Notes: a model not told the origin generated them from the sequence alone. Positions 38,827 through 48,276 are shown, numbered from the stretch's first letter. The stretch: 64,000 bases of DNA from an uncultured virus (IMG/VR IMGVR_UViG_3300005469_000597) (IMGVR_UViG_3300005469_000597), one strand, 5' to 3'. Numbers and translations: made by a program.

Positions 38827-39340
38827 ACTTATGCGTATCCCAACGATGAATCCGGCCGTCTTTGGTAACTACATAGACGCGGAGCGGCTTGCTGTTATGC
38901 TGCCGATATTTTTCTATACCAGCCTTCACTGTAGCCTTTGTGTGGCCCGCATCTCTCATATACACGACTGCCGCCGTTGCTCCTGGCTTATCCCTCGCGT
39001 GTTCCAGACAGTTCTTGAAGTTGTTGACGCTATCACCTTTCGGCGATGACTGCTCAAATCCGGCTGAAAACACATATCCGTCTGGAGTCCTTACATCGCC
39101 AGCTTCATCTTTGAGCGTGATTTTGTAACCTTTGTCGGCCATGAATCGTGCAGCTTCTATCTCTTCCGGCTTATGACTTGCGGAACTCTTCTCAATGAGA
39201 TAATAACCGCCGCCTTTTTTGCTGAAATAGCCGTCAGAATAGCGGCCAGAGTGCATGAGTTGATTATACTCGACCTCTCGGCGGCCATATTCGCGGCTAC
39301 CGCCGGACAGTGTGCGAGAGCCGCCGGATAACTTAACCAT
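38825..39340 (-). CDS. Putative PD-(D/E)xK-like nuclease / toxin domain (CdiA-C-like)
   Basis: EIEAARFMADKGY..RTPDG..FEQ pattern; N-terminal LSGGSR duplicated. Confidence 0.45.
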   Translation of the reverse strand: MVKLSGGSRTLSGGSREYGRREVEYNQLMHSGRYSDGYFSKKGGGYYLIEKSSASHKPEEIEAARFMADKGYKITLKDEAGDVRTPDGYVFSAGFEQSSPKGDSVNNFKNCLEHARDKPGATAAVVYMRDAGHTKATVKAGIEKYRQHNSKPLRVYVVTKDGRIHRWDTHK

Positions 39341-39950
39341 TGGCACCTCCTTTCTCGGTCATAAAGTCATGGATATATGTGAGAGAGTTTTGATTGCAGA
39401 AGTCATGTATCTCTTGGCCACCGCCATATACGATGAGATTGGGGATAGCTTGCCCGGAGATTTCGCGGGCGATCATCAGTTCAGTTTCCAACTCGGCGAG
39501 ATGTCCGCGTGTGCCGCGTGTGGCAAAAGCGTTATAACCGGCAGGGATGCCGAGGCGGTTGACCTCATAAAACTTGCTACTGACATTCAAGTCGGCATAG
39601 ACGTTCAGGCCGCACTCTTGGAAGTATCGGGCGAGCCATCTCTTTTTGTAGATGAGGTCGAGGCCCTGGGCAAACGGAGTCGTGTCAAAAAGAGAAAAAT
39701 TTGGTTCTATCACTGCGCGGGCGCAGGTGTTCAGCACTTTTGCAGGATTTTTCCATACACTTGCAAAACGATAATCATCCACATAAAAATGAATTGTTTG
39801 CGCTGTTTTCGTTTTTCTTCCGGCACCATAAGGCGCAAATGGGAGCAACAGATGCCCTCCCTGCCTATCACTCCGCAAACACGGAATGTCATACTTGTTG
39901 TCGCTCGGATATAGGCAGTCCTCTGCGACATTCAATTCAGTTGCGTTCAT
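39333..39950 (-). CDS. DUF4417 family protein
   Basis: IHFYVDDYRF, PNFSL, YKKRWLARYFQ, VYGG. Confidence 0.8.
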   Translation of the reverse strand: MNATELNVAEDCLYPSDNKYDIPCLRSDRQGGHLLLPFAPYGAGRKTKTAQTIHFYVDDYRFASVWKNPAKVLNTCARAVIEPNFSLFDTTPFAQGLDLIYKKRWLARYFQECGLNVYADLNVSSKFYEVNRLGIPAGYNAFATRGTRGHLAELETELMIAREISGQAIPNLIVYGGGQEIHDFCNQNSLTYIHDFMTEKGGANG

Positions 39951-39989
39951 ATTGTGATGATGTGATGTGATGATTTATGAACTTGGCCG

Positions 39990-40217
39990 CTATAAGAATG
40001 GAGATTTAGATTTTGCGTAAATGGGGCATTTATCACGATAGGCGCATTCTCCGGCCTTTGCCTGGGCGAAACGCTCATGCCATAGAACCTCGTAGAACTC
40101 GGTGCCCATCTGCGCCTCTTCGTTGAGGTAGCCAACGAGTTTCATACAGAAGAACCCGCTGTCACTTTCTTTATCATCGTGGAGTACCACAATGCCGTTA
40201 CTGTTCGGTCTTGCCAT
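39990..40217 (-). CDS. Hypothetical protein
   Basis: 75-aa ORF in operon. Confidence 0.55.
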   Translation of the reverse strand: MARPNSNGIVVLHDDKESDSGFFCMKLVGYLNEEAQMGTEFYEVLWHERFAQAKAGECAYRDKCPIYAKSKSPFL

Positions 40218-40231
40218 AATTGGTTTTGATA

Positions 40232-40456
40232 TTAAGGGTCCTCAACTTCGAGCAGTACGTTATACTCGTTCTCACCAAACTCATCACAGACTCTCTCCCG
40301 GCTCACATTGACAAGTGGGTGAGCGTATCTCCACCGATCTTTGTCCTCGTCCCATGCGTCGGGGCTGGTTTTGTCCGTAACGAGATAGATACGGGCATCC
40401 GAGGGTATGTTATGAATCTTCTTGCGCAGTTCACCTGCGGTCATTGCTTCTTCCAT
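40232..40456 (-). CDS. Hypothetical protein
   Basis: 74-aa ORF abutting the methyltransferase stop. Confidence 0.6.
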   Translation of the reverse strand: MEEAMTAGELRKKIHNIPSDARIYLVTDKTSPDAWDEDKDRWRYAHPLVNVSRERVCDEFGENEYNVLLEVEDP

Positions 40457-40457
40457 T

Positions 40458-42149
40458 TTATTGTAATACCGATTGTCTTTGTAATTTCAAAATTGCCCGA
40501 CACAAGGCCGGGCACCATGCTTTAGGGATGCTCGTGTGTACGGCGTTACCGATGAATTTCTTCTGATCGCTCTGATTGCCCATCAGCACATAGTCATCGG
40601 GAAAGCCTTGGATACGTTTCAACTCCACGACCTTGAGCATCCTCATCTTGATGTCGATGATGTTGTAGAGAGCCATAAACTCTTTTATCTTTACTGTCAT
40701 GGGCGAGTCATTCTCACAGACCTCTATGCCGATACCTCCACCCTCGACACAGACGAGGTAAGGAGGTCGTTTGTCCATTCGGGCAATGAGAGTGAAACAC
40801 GGCTCATCTATGGAGCTGCCGGCCGAGAAGAACTGTGGGTTCATCAGGTAGAACTGATGGCGGTCGGCTGTGATGACCTTACACGGCTCGTCTATGCCAC
40901 TCCCGACATTGTTGTAGCTTGTGTCCATAATCCATTGCTCGGCAGTGATGAGGTGGTGCTTCGGATTGGCTGTTATACATCCGGCAGGCTCTTCAATAGA
41001 GGTCGGGCGGCCTTGGCCGTACTGCATATCTATGAACTGAGGATTTACAAGCGCGAACTTGTCTTTGGTCGGAATGGTAGGTGCCGGACTGTCTATGTCC
41101 CGACAGCCGCCATTACCGTAGAATGATGTTAGGAAATGAGCACTGACGAGCGCATGATGATCAACACACGTTATCGTTCCGGCCGGCTCATCCAACGATA
41201 CGTTCTTATCGTAGGTCGAGCCGCTGAACTGCTTCGACAGAAACTCCACGTGAGCAATGCCGAGGCGGTTCTGAGTGGCCACTGTCGGGCATGGTTCATC
41301 AATGGAGGGCGGCACATACTTTCCTCGCTGGCTCATGCTGTTGAACTTTACAAGGAAAGCATCTTTGCCACCGGCCACAAATTTTATGAGGCCGGCATAG
41401 ATACGCATCAGCGTTTTCTCGGCCAATGGTTTCTTCCTCGTGAATATGGATTGTCCCCACTCATCGAGATTAAGGACATAGCGCACGGCGCGCCATCGCT
41501 CCAGATTGCCAGTGGGCCGTCGGCTGTGGGTCGGTTCGGGAAACACTATCGGCAGACCTTTCTTGGCGAACATACCGAAATAACGCTTGCGTGTGGTCCG
41601 GGCGCCGTAGTCGGCCGAGTTCAAGATGCGGTAGTCGTAGTTGTAGCCATATCCTTTTACGTTCCTAATCCAGCGGACATAATCACGCCCTTTGTCCATT
41701 GAAAGCGGACGGCCATTCTTATCGAGCGGACCCCACGACATGAACTCCTCAACGTTCTCTATCTGGATAAAATCGGGGTCGATGGCTTCGATGTAGCGGT
41801 ACAGGTGTTCCGCGAGAGTCCGGCTGTCGGCATCACGCGGCTGACCGCCTTTGGCTCTGCTGAAATTGGTACACTCCAGCGATGCCCATAGAACAATCAA
41901 GGCTTGCGAATTTTCATGTCTGCAAGCCTTGATGCGTTGGATAAGCGGTGTCAGGTTCAACGTCCTGATGTCTTCCGTAAAGTGGAGCGCGCCCGGATGA
42001 TTGGCCGCGTGTGAGGCTATGGCTTTCGGGTCGTGGTTGACACAAGCGATAACCTTGGCACACTGCTCACCATTCAGCCGGGCCTCGTTTACTCCCGTGG
42101 AGGTTCCGCCGGCACCGCAGAATAGGTCAATGTATAGCAGTTGTATCAT
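40458..42149 (-). CDS. C5-cytosine DNA methyltransferase
   Basis: DLFCGAGG, SLECTNFS, IENV, RKRYF, QGFP, IGNAV. Confidence 0.92.
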   Translation of the reverse strand: MIQLLYIDLFCGAGGTSTGVNEARLNGEQCAKVIACVNHDPKAIASHAANHPGALHFTEDIRTLNLTPLIQRIKACRHENSQALIVLWASLECTNFSRAKGGQPRDADSRTLAEHLYRYIEAIDPDFIQIENVEEFMSWGPLDKNGRPLSMDKGRDYVRWIRNVKGYGYNYDYRILNSADYGARTTRKRYFGMFAKKGLPIVFPEPTHSRRPTGNLERWRAVRYVLNLDEWGQSIFTRKKPLAEKTLMRIYAGLIKFVAGGKDAFLVKFNSMSQRGKYVPPSIDEPCPTVATQNRLGIAHVEFLSKQFSGSTYDKNVSLDEPAGTITCVDHHALVSAHFLTSFYGNGGCRDIDSPAPTIPTKDKFALVNPQFIDMQYGQGRPTSIEEPAGCITANPKHHLITAEQWIMDTSYNNVGSGIDEPCKVITADRHQFYLMNPQFFSAGSSIDEPCFTLIARMDKRPPYLVCVEGGGIGIEVCENDSPMTVKIKEFMALYNIIDIKMRMLKVVELKRIQGFPDDYVLMGNQSDQKKFIGNAVHTSIPKAWCPALCRAILKLQRQSVLQ

Positions 42150-42306
42150 CTTCTTTTTGCTGATTGGATTTGTATCCGATTTTTACTTTTGGCGGTCTGT
42201 TGGCCGCTCCGTCCTGATACCCCTTGCGATAGCCTATGTCCTCAACCTTGCCGATGAGCAGGTAGGCAAGGAATATCAGAACCACATTGATGAGAGACAC
42301 CGTCAT
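42127..42306 (-). CDS. 59-aa membrane peptide (not in ORF track)
   Basis: MTVSLINVVLIFLAYLLIGK...; fills the gap between neighbouring genes. Confidence 0.45.
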   Translation of the reverse strand: MTVSLINVVLIFLAYLLIGKVEDIGYRKGYQDGAANRPPKVKIGYKSNQQKEDDTTAIH

Positions 42307-42307
42307 A

Positions 42308-42697
42308 TTAGTCTGCGTTAAATATATCTTTGCCGAATATATCTTCTAAACTTTCGAGAGCATCGCACACACAATCCTCATGGCACAGACTTAGACCTTC
42401 CTTCAGATTGTTGTAAAGGATTCTTATTTTATTGCGCTCTTCTTCTGTCATGCGTTCTGCAAGGTTGTCAGTGAAATCTTTGGTATTGCCAAGTTCCAGC
42501 GCTACTTTGAGGGTAATATTGCTTTCTCGCAGATATTTTTCACATGAACCGATGGCTTCCTCAAAAGTTTCAGTTGCTATGGCTGTCGTATTTTTAGCCA
42601 CCTCATTAGCCATATCGGGGATAGCCTGTGGATTATTCTTGAACTCATCAAGAAGAGCCGGATAGAATTCGCGGCTTGCCTCAATTTTAATTATCAT
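42308..42697 (-). CDS. Hypothetical protein
   Basis: 129-aa ORF with ATGA overlap. Confidence 0.6.
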   Translation of the reverse strand: MIIKIEASREFYPALLDEFKNNPQAIPDMANEVAKNTTAIATETFEEAIGSCEKYLRESNITLKVALELGNTKDFTDNLAERMTEEERNKIRILYNNLKEGLSLCHEDCVCDALESLEDIFGKDIFNAD

Positions 42698-43023
42698 AAT
42701 CGTTCTCCTAATTTAATGATGAACACTTCTTCATTTGGCGCGCCCCATGCAGGGTTGCCGAAACCTATGTGCATACTCTTGATTTCAAAGAGCATTGTAG
42801 TTGATGTGTAGCCTCTGTGAAAGCGGACATGAGTGTACTCCTGCCATACTTGGTCTGTCGGAAGCATGGCGAGATATTTCAAAGCGCCATCTCGCCCGCT
42901 ATTGAGTCGGAGGAACCGCTTGACCCAATGGTCAGATAGAATTCGGTATTCTTCAGGCTTTTCGCCGGACTCTTCCATGTCGTACCACTTGTGTTTTACG
43001 ACCAAATCAAGGATTTTCATCAC
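42694..43023 (-). CDS. ASCH/PUA-like protein
   Basis: KWYDMEESGEKPEEYR, FHRGY. Confidence 0.7.
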   Translation of the reverse strand: MMKILDLVVKHKWYDMEESGEKPEEYRILSDHWVKRFLRLNSGRDGALKYLAMLPTDQVWQEYTHVRFHRGYTSTTMLFEIKSMHIGFGNPAWGAPNEEVFIIKLGERL

Positions 43024-43313
43024 ATTATCTGCTTAATGGATTTATACGCCTTTACAATATCCTCGCGATGTTCTTCCAAATATCGTTCGAAAGAGCCGTT
43101 ACCGCCAAATATCTCATCAAGCCGTTTGGCTATCTTCCCAGAAGGGTTTAGCCAACTGTCGTCCTTAACCACTTCTTTAGGCTCATACAATGCTATCAAG
43201 TGTGAACTTCTGTCAAAGTGGCAACACATGGCAGCATAAGCCGTGAGTTTGTTGTCAGCCTCTAACTCATAGACGCTTGACACTGCTCCGTATCTGAATT
43301 TAGTATTTTCCAT
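43020..43313 (-). CDS. Hypothetical protein
   Basis: Start MENTKF at 43313 preferred. Confidence 0.55.
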   Translation of the reverse strand: MENTKFRYGAVSSVYELEADNKLTAYAAMCCHFDRSSHLIALYEPKEVVKDDSWLNPSGKIAKRLDEIFGGNGSFERYLEEHREDIVKAYKSIKQIM

Positions 43314-43596
43314 TAAAGTATTCTTTGAATGGTTCCAGAACCTTAGAGATACCAGTAGAAAGCGCTCCCTCATAGGTTCTATATGTTTTGTTGTCTATCA
43401 CATCGGTACGTTGAGACCATCGCCAAAAATAGCCGATGCGGTCGCCGGTTTTACTGTTGAAGCGTGGGCTGACAACAAGGTCTGCACCCCATTCTTCTCT
43501 AAGGAATTTGGCAGCATCGTGGATAGTTGGATTATCGATGTCAAATCCGAGCTTCTTCAATATCCCGACTTTCTCCAGCGTTAGTTTTTCTTTCAT
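43300..43596 (-). CDS. Hypothetical protein
   Basis: Start MKEKLT at 43596 preferred. Confidence 0.55.
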   Translation of the reverse strand: MKEKLTLEKVGILKKLGFDIDNPTIHDAAKFLREEWGADLVVSPRFNSKTGDRIGYFWRWSQRTDVIDNKTYRTYEGALSTGISKVLEPFKEYFNGKY

Positions 43597-43780
43597 TGCT
43601 GTTCTCGGTTTTAGGTTCATGCAACGGACAACTGCCGGTCTTTTCATCGTACATCGGCATTGTCCATGTTAATGTCTCTTGTACTTCCTGGCAGAATGGA
43701 ATGTGCCGTTTACAGTTTTGGCAGAGTGCCGGCCCTCCGAAATAGTTGGGGCCGACACAATAGGCGTAGTCTTTGTTCAT
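43541..43780 (-). CDS. Small Cys-rich hypothetical protein
   Basis: DYAYC..LCQNCKR..CP. Confidence 0.55.
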   Translation of the reverse strand: MNKDYAYCVGPNYFGGPALCQNCKRHIPFCQEVQETLTWTMPMYDEKTGSCPLHEPKTENSNERKTNAGESRDIEEARI

Positions 43781-43781
43781 G

Positions 43782-44117
43782 TTAGAGCCATGTTAAAACG
43801 ACATAATCATTACGAGGGTCACTGTTGGCAATCCACTTGCAGAGTATGGTGATAAATTTTTCTGGAGTGCTGTCTATTGAATTGTTTTTAAGCCACTCGC
43901 AAAAGTTATCGCGATCTCCTGCAATTTTAGATACGAGATTGGCAAGGTCGGCACGAGGCACCTCAAGTCGCTCAGAGCACTCTATATCATCGCCATCGAA
44001 GCTGATGTCTTCACTATTTTCTTTTAGCAATCGGTTGATTTCTGCGGTGTGGTTGTTAAAATCACCGCCTCCATAGGTCACTTGATAGACTGGAGAGTAA
44101 TGAATACAGTATCCCAT
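43782..44117 (-). CDS. Hypothetical protein
   Basis: 111 aa; conserved leader motif 8 nt upstream. Confidence 0.65.
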   Translation of the reverse strand: MGYCIHYSPVYQVTYGGGDFNNHTAEINRLLKENSEDISFDGDDIECSERLEVPRADLANLVSKIAGDRDNFCEWLKNNSIDSTPEKFITILCKWIANSDPRNDYVVLTWL

Positions 44118-44129
44118 TTTAATGTGGCT

Positions 44130-44903
44130 TTATTGGTTTGACTTGGTTATTTCGTTCACGAAGCGGAGAGTCCAACGGTTGATGTAGGCTTGCCAACACC
44201 CCATTGAGGGTGCCCATCGGAAACCGTTCCGCTTCAGTTGTGTTCTCATCTCATCATCGGGCTTGCCGGGGAAATAGATGCGGACGCGGTTCTCGGAGTA
44301 GCACTCTTCAATAGTCACATCATCAATGGTATATTCCCGGTCTTCCTTGTTCGCCAATGCCTCTGCCTTTGCGAGCTGCTTTTTGGCAGCGTTTATTTTG
44401 GCATTGTTGTTGGTAAGAGCGTAGGCAGGGAATTGTGTGCCATTGGCAACATATCGCTGAGCGTATGGAGCGGAAAAGCCGAGGTGAACAAGAGCCTCAA
44501 CTTTCTCGACATCGGTCATATTCTTGGCGCGTATGATTTTATTTGTCGCCTTCATTTGCTCCTGAACCGCTGTCAACTCGGCAATCTTCTTTTTCAGCCG
44601 ATCTATTGCGTCATCGTCGCCGATGTAGATGTTGTCATTATTCTCAACGGCCTCGGCTTTTCGAGCGTAGTAGGCCGCTTTCTCGGACTCATGTACGCTT
44701 CTCATCATGGCCCCATTGGAACGCTCCAGGGCGCGACGGTGGGCTTTTTCGGAGTGGTGGCCGACGAGGATAGGCTGACCGAGGGGAATGTTTGCTACGG
44801 CATCATTGCTTGCATTGAAAGCGGCTGTGGCTCTCTTAGCGGCGTTCTCGGCATATTCGCGGTACCGCTCGGCCCGCGCCTCTTGTCTTTCTTTCCGTGT
44901 CAT
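44130..44903 (-). CDS. DUF3560 family protein
   Basis: IPLGQPILVGHHSE; C-terminal LKRNGFRWAPS. Confidence 0.8.
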   Translation of the reverse strand: MTRKERQEARAERYREYAENAAKRATAAFNASNDAVANIPLGQPILVGHHSEKAHRRALERSNGAMMRSVHESEKAAYYARKAEAVENNDNIYIGDDDAIDRLKKKIAELTAVQEQMKATNKIIRAKNMTDVEKVEALVHLGFSAPYAQRYVANGTQFPAYALTNNNAKINAAKKQLAKAEALANKEDREYTIDDVTIEECYSENRVRIYFPGKPDDEMRTQLKRNGFRWAPSMGCWQAYINRWTLRFVNEITKSNQ

Positions 44904-45058
44904 GCGTTCTCAGTTCTTAGGAGTTCTACACGGGTGATAGAGTGATACTCACTCCTGATTTCGCACTCGGCCTCTTGGCGGCTGTTCGCTCTGACCCAGG
45001 CATTGAAGCCATCATCGGGGTCATAGGTCGTATAGACCCGAAAAACATACTTTTTCAT
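44900..45058 (-). CDS. 52-aa hypothetical protein (not in ORF track)
   Basis: MKKYVFRVYTTYDPDDG...; leader motif 7 nt upstream; ATGA overlap with next gene. Confidence 0.65.
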   Translation of the reverse strand: MKKYVFRVYTTYDPDDGFNAWVRANSRQEAECEIRSEYHSITRVELLRTENA

Positions 45059-45081
45059 TCTCGTTGGTTTTATGGTTTGAC

Positions 45082-45465
45082 TTATGCTATATCTTCAAGG
45101 ACTTTGTCAAGAGAACTCCAAAGCTCTTTCACGTCATCCTCGCTAAATTCGGTTTCCTCATCGGTGTCTTCATCATAGTGAGAGGCGGTAATTTCCGTAA
45201 CCTCGCCCCATGCTTTCCGAAGATCGCAGCTCGGTGGAGTCCAATAATCACCGGGGTCATTATCCCACTCTCCACAGCACTCATAGGTAACTTCAATGAG
45301 CCAGCCATCTTCCTCATAGCAGAAGTAGTTGGTGGTTGAGTCATCGCATCGTCCCCATCCATCCTCGTCTTGTTCGTAGTAGGACTCTCCGATTTCGTGG
45401 TCTTGGCTTGCGAGCAGGTCTACAAGTGTAGGAATGAGAGTGTTGAGGTCGGATATTGTTTTCAT
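45082..45465 (-). CDS. Highly acidic hypothetical protein
   Basis: 127 aa, D/E-rich; first gene after promoter cassette 2. Confidence 0.7.
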   Translation of the reverse strand: MKTISDLNTLIPTLVDLLASQDHEIGESYYEQDEDGWGRCDDSTTNYFCYEEDGWLIEVTYECCGEWDNDPGDYWTPPSCDLRKAWGEVTEITASHYDEDTDEETEFSEDDVKELWSSLDKVLEDIA

Positions 45466-45476
45466 CTCTTTGGCGA

Positions 45477-45585
45477 TTTTATTGGTTTGACTTGTGGAGA
45501 TTGTATCTCCCTTACACCTGTAAAGTTAGGGCAGTGAAACTGGTTTTGCAATCAGAATGGCCACCATTTTAGCACCTTAACGTTT
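45477..45585 (-). promoter_or_regulatory. Phage promoter/leader cassette copy 2
   Basis: 31 bp identical to copy 1 (45503-45533 = 20789-20819); same spacing. Confidence 0.8.
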
Positions 45586-45596
45586 GTCAAGAAAAG

Positions 45597-46364
45597 TCAA
45601 GGCTGAGAACTCTCGGAGGCATCTTCTTCGGCCATGATGACATCAACAATGCTATGGCATCGGTTGGCGAGGACTTTCACACACAATGCCATTGTGTCGG
45701 TGATCTTCATAATCTGGCCGAATGACTCGGCAATATCCATGCACAGCACAGAAATCAGGAAGCAATATGGGTCCTGCTTCCGGCAGCATGGTTTATTAAT
45801 TCGATCGGCTATAACCTTATCCATATTCTTGTCGAAATCCTCTACGAATGTGAGTATCATCCGCACGAGGGCCACACGCGCCGGAATCTCTTTATGAGGG
45901 TGGCCGACATACTGCCGGGCAGCCTCGTTGGTAAACGTACACCAGCACTTGAACAAGTCTAACTCAACGCTCTTGCGCAACCGCTCCAGATAGTTCTGAT
46001 AGGAGTACCATGCGCGACCATAACTCTTACGGAGTTCAAAGTTATACTCGTCGATACACTTGCGCATCTCTCGGTTGTGCCGCTTATACTCAGAGAGCCG
46101 ATTGTCCCGGCAATACTTGATAAACGCCTCGGCCTGCTCCAAGGCCAGAGCCGTAAGCATCTGCGGTATGAAATTCATCAGCACGGCCTCTCTCGCTCCG
46201 AACAGCTTGACGCACTCGTCAGATGTGAGCGCCTTTTGAGTCTGCGGCTGTCGCTTCTTGATGTTGATGCCGAATGTGTCTGCCGGTGCCGGGATGATGG
46301 GTACCGCGTCTGGAGCGATACCCATCTTTGCCAGCAATCCTTTGTCTAAGGGTGGTAATTCCAT
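45597..46364 (-). CDS. Hypothetical protein
   Basis: 255-aa helical ORF. Confidence 0.65.
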   Translation of the reverse strand: MELPPLDKGLLAKMGIAPDAVPIIPAPADTFGINIKKRQPQTQKALTSDECVKLFGAREAVLMNFIPQMLTALALEQAEAFIKYCRDNRLSEYKRHNREMRKCIDEYNFELRKSYGRAWYSYQNYLERLRKSVELDLFKCWCTFTNEAARQYVGHPHKEIPARVALVRMILTFVEDFDKNMDKVIADRINKPCCRKQDPYCFLISVLCMDIAESFGQIMKITDTMALCVKVLANRCHSIVDVIMAEEDASESSQP

Positions 46365-46374
46365 ACAGCGTCAA

Positions 46375-46809
46375 TCAGTAATTGGAAACTGAAACTATTA
46401 TCCAATCGTTAGAGAGTATATCGGTCTGCGAGGCGAGCCATCCCGACAGAACTTCTCCATGTTCCGTGAACATACAGATTGTACCGAGGGCCGGGACCTC
46501 ACCGCCCAACTTTTCTACAACAGTGCGGAGAATGGGGTCTTTGCACCACTCTGCTTTGATGATGCCGGCAGGCTTGAGCCATAGGAATGACCCAACACTC
46601 CAGTCTTTACGTGCCACTTTGCAACCGCGTTTGAGTTTCTCGATAGCCTGACCGAAAGTAAGGTCTTCGGATAACCCATCGCCATTGGCTCCAATATGGT
46701 AGCCGTAGATTACTGAGGTTTGGATAAGGTCCTCAGCTGCCTTTGCCTCGGGATTGGCATACACAACGCCTCTTGCGTGTTCTTCTGCCAAAAATTCAAG
46801 ATTTGCCAT
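46375..46809 (-). CDS. DUF2829 / Thoeris anti-defence Tad2-like protein
   Basis: TFGQAIEKLKRGCKVARKDW ... GWLASQTDILSNDW. Confidence 0.8.
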   Translation of the reverse strand: MANLEFLAEEHARGVVYANPEAKAAEDLIQTSVIYGYHIGANGDGLSEDLTFGQAIEKLKRGCKVARKDWSVGSFLWLKPAGIIKAEWCKDPILRTVVEKLGGEVPALGTICMFTEHGEVLSGWLASQTDILSNDWIIVSVSNY

Positions 46810-46841
46810 TTGTTGTGTTGTTTAAAATAAAGCGGCCCGGA

Positions 46842-47411
46842 CTATGAGTCCGAACCGTCGAAAAGATTTGTAGGTGGTGGAGGAACGAGGTCATCGAACA
46901 GACCGGGAACTCTCGGCTGTAACGCCTCGTATTCATCTCTGAAAAATTCCTCCTTTGTCCGATTATACTTCTTGCCTTTTGCCGTGTGGACATCGTAAGT
47001 ATAATCAGGTATGGGGATAGGATAGCGGCGCACATCTTCAATCCAATGCTCCACGTCCACCATTTTGTGGTCATAGATGAAGTTTTGAAGATGATCCGCG
47101 TCTCGGTTCTTGCGGCACTCGCATAAGAGAAGCACCGCTTTGCTCACGAAAATACGACCTTTGCCTTCGGGATGGTTTTTGTTGACTAACTCATGCCCTT
47201 GCCATAAGGCTTCAATCTCTGAGGTGATGAGTCCGTAGCAGTCCTCTGCGCTGATAGTGAACAGCCGCTTCCAAACATAGTCACGGAAGCCGGAATGCCA
47301 TAGCTCCAGAGCGAAGAACCCGGCCACTCGGGCATCAGCCCGTCGGATGGCCTTCTGCATCGCGCTGCTCACCTCAAAGAAATTATATCCTGATACAGTT
47401 CTTTTTATCAT
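46842..47411 (-). CDS. Stand-alone MgsA/RarA C-terminal-like domain protein
   Basis: SAMQKAIRRAD, WKRLFTISAED; no AAA+ P-loop. Confidence 0.65.
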   Translation of the reverse strand: MIKRTVSGYNFFEVSSAMQKAIRRADARVAGFFALELWHSGFRDYVWKRLFTISAEDCYGLITSEIEALWQGHELVNKNHPEGKGRIFVSKAVLLLCECRKNRDADHLQNFIYDHKMVDVEHWIEDVRRYPIPIPDYTYDVHTAKGKKYNRTKEEFFRDEYEALQPRVPGLFDDLVPPPPTNLFDGSDS

Positions 47412-47438
47412 AACTAATTGATATTATTATGTTTTATA

Positions 47439-47502
47439 CTGTAAAGGTAATTCAGATGAGCAAGAGATGCAATCAGATTGAACACCATTTTTACACCATT
47501 TT
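47439..47502 (-). promoter_or_regulatory. Phage promoter cassette copy 3 (no leader motif)
   Basis: AAATGGTG x2, ATTG-N20-TACCTTTACAG. Confidence 0.75.
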
Positions 47503-47520
47503 TGCTCACCGAAATACCTT

Positions 47521-48276
47521 TCAGAATTTGAACTGTGCCGTGATATTGTACTGGACGAGTTGCTTGGTCTTGTCCTTGCCGTTGTTGGTGGCGCCTTTGA
47601 GGTTGATGCTGTCACCGAAATGCTTTTTGATGAACAAAATGCTCCGGCGCTCCTCGTCCTGGTTCCTGAAGGCGGCCAGCCCTCCAGCATTGACAAAGGT
47701 GCCTTTCTGGGCGAAATTGTAGCGCAAGTCGGTGAGGATTCTGCGCTCTTTGTATTTCATGTAGCAGCTTATCCAAAAGTCCTCTTTGAGCCGGATTTCC
47801 TCGTTCCACCATACGTTCTTGTTGTAGCGGACACCATACGCGCAACCGGTGATCATCTTCATCAGCGAGTAGTAACCCCACTCGTTATACATCACCGGGG
47901 AGATTGCCGAGGTGAAGCCGAACAGGTGAATATCGAGCATACACGCCAACTCATACAGCGACTCGATGATGCGGGTTATCTCGTCGGGGTCGCGGATTAC
48001 GCCCGGCTCTCCTTTCTCGACAAAGAGCGTCTTGACGACATGGACGTCATCGTCAAGCATCATAAGATTTCCGAAATGCCGGGCCATCCAATTTCGTTTC
48101 GGTATCAGGCCTATCACATCATCAGGGTGCGTCACTATCTCGCACTCCGGATTGTACTCCCGATAGATGTCTGCCTGACTCTCGGCCACGCAGATGATAG
48201 GATTGTTAACGAGTTTCTTTGAGAAAACTCGGTCGTGCCGCTTGTGGGAGGGTATGACAATTTTCAGGTCGCTCAT
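47521..48276 (-). CDS. GT-A fold glycosyltransferase, GREB1/TET-associated-like
   Basis: IVIPSHKR, MMLDDD, KEDFW, NAGG. Confidence 0.65.
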   Translation of the reverse strand: MSDLKIVIPSHKRHDRVFSKKLVNNPIICVAESQADIYREYNPECEIVTHPDDVIGLIPKRNWMARHFGNLMMLDDDVHVVKTLFVEKGEPGVIRDPDEITRIIESLYELACMLDIHLFGFTSAISPVMYNEWGYYSLMKMITGCAYGVRYNKNVWWNEEIRLKEDFWISCYMKYKERRILTDLRYNFAQKGTFVNAGGLAAFRNQDEERRSILFIKKHFGDSINLKGATNNGKDKTKQLVQYNITAQFKF

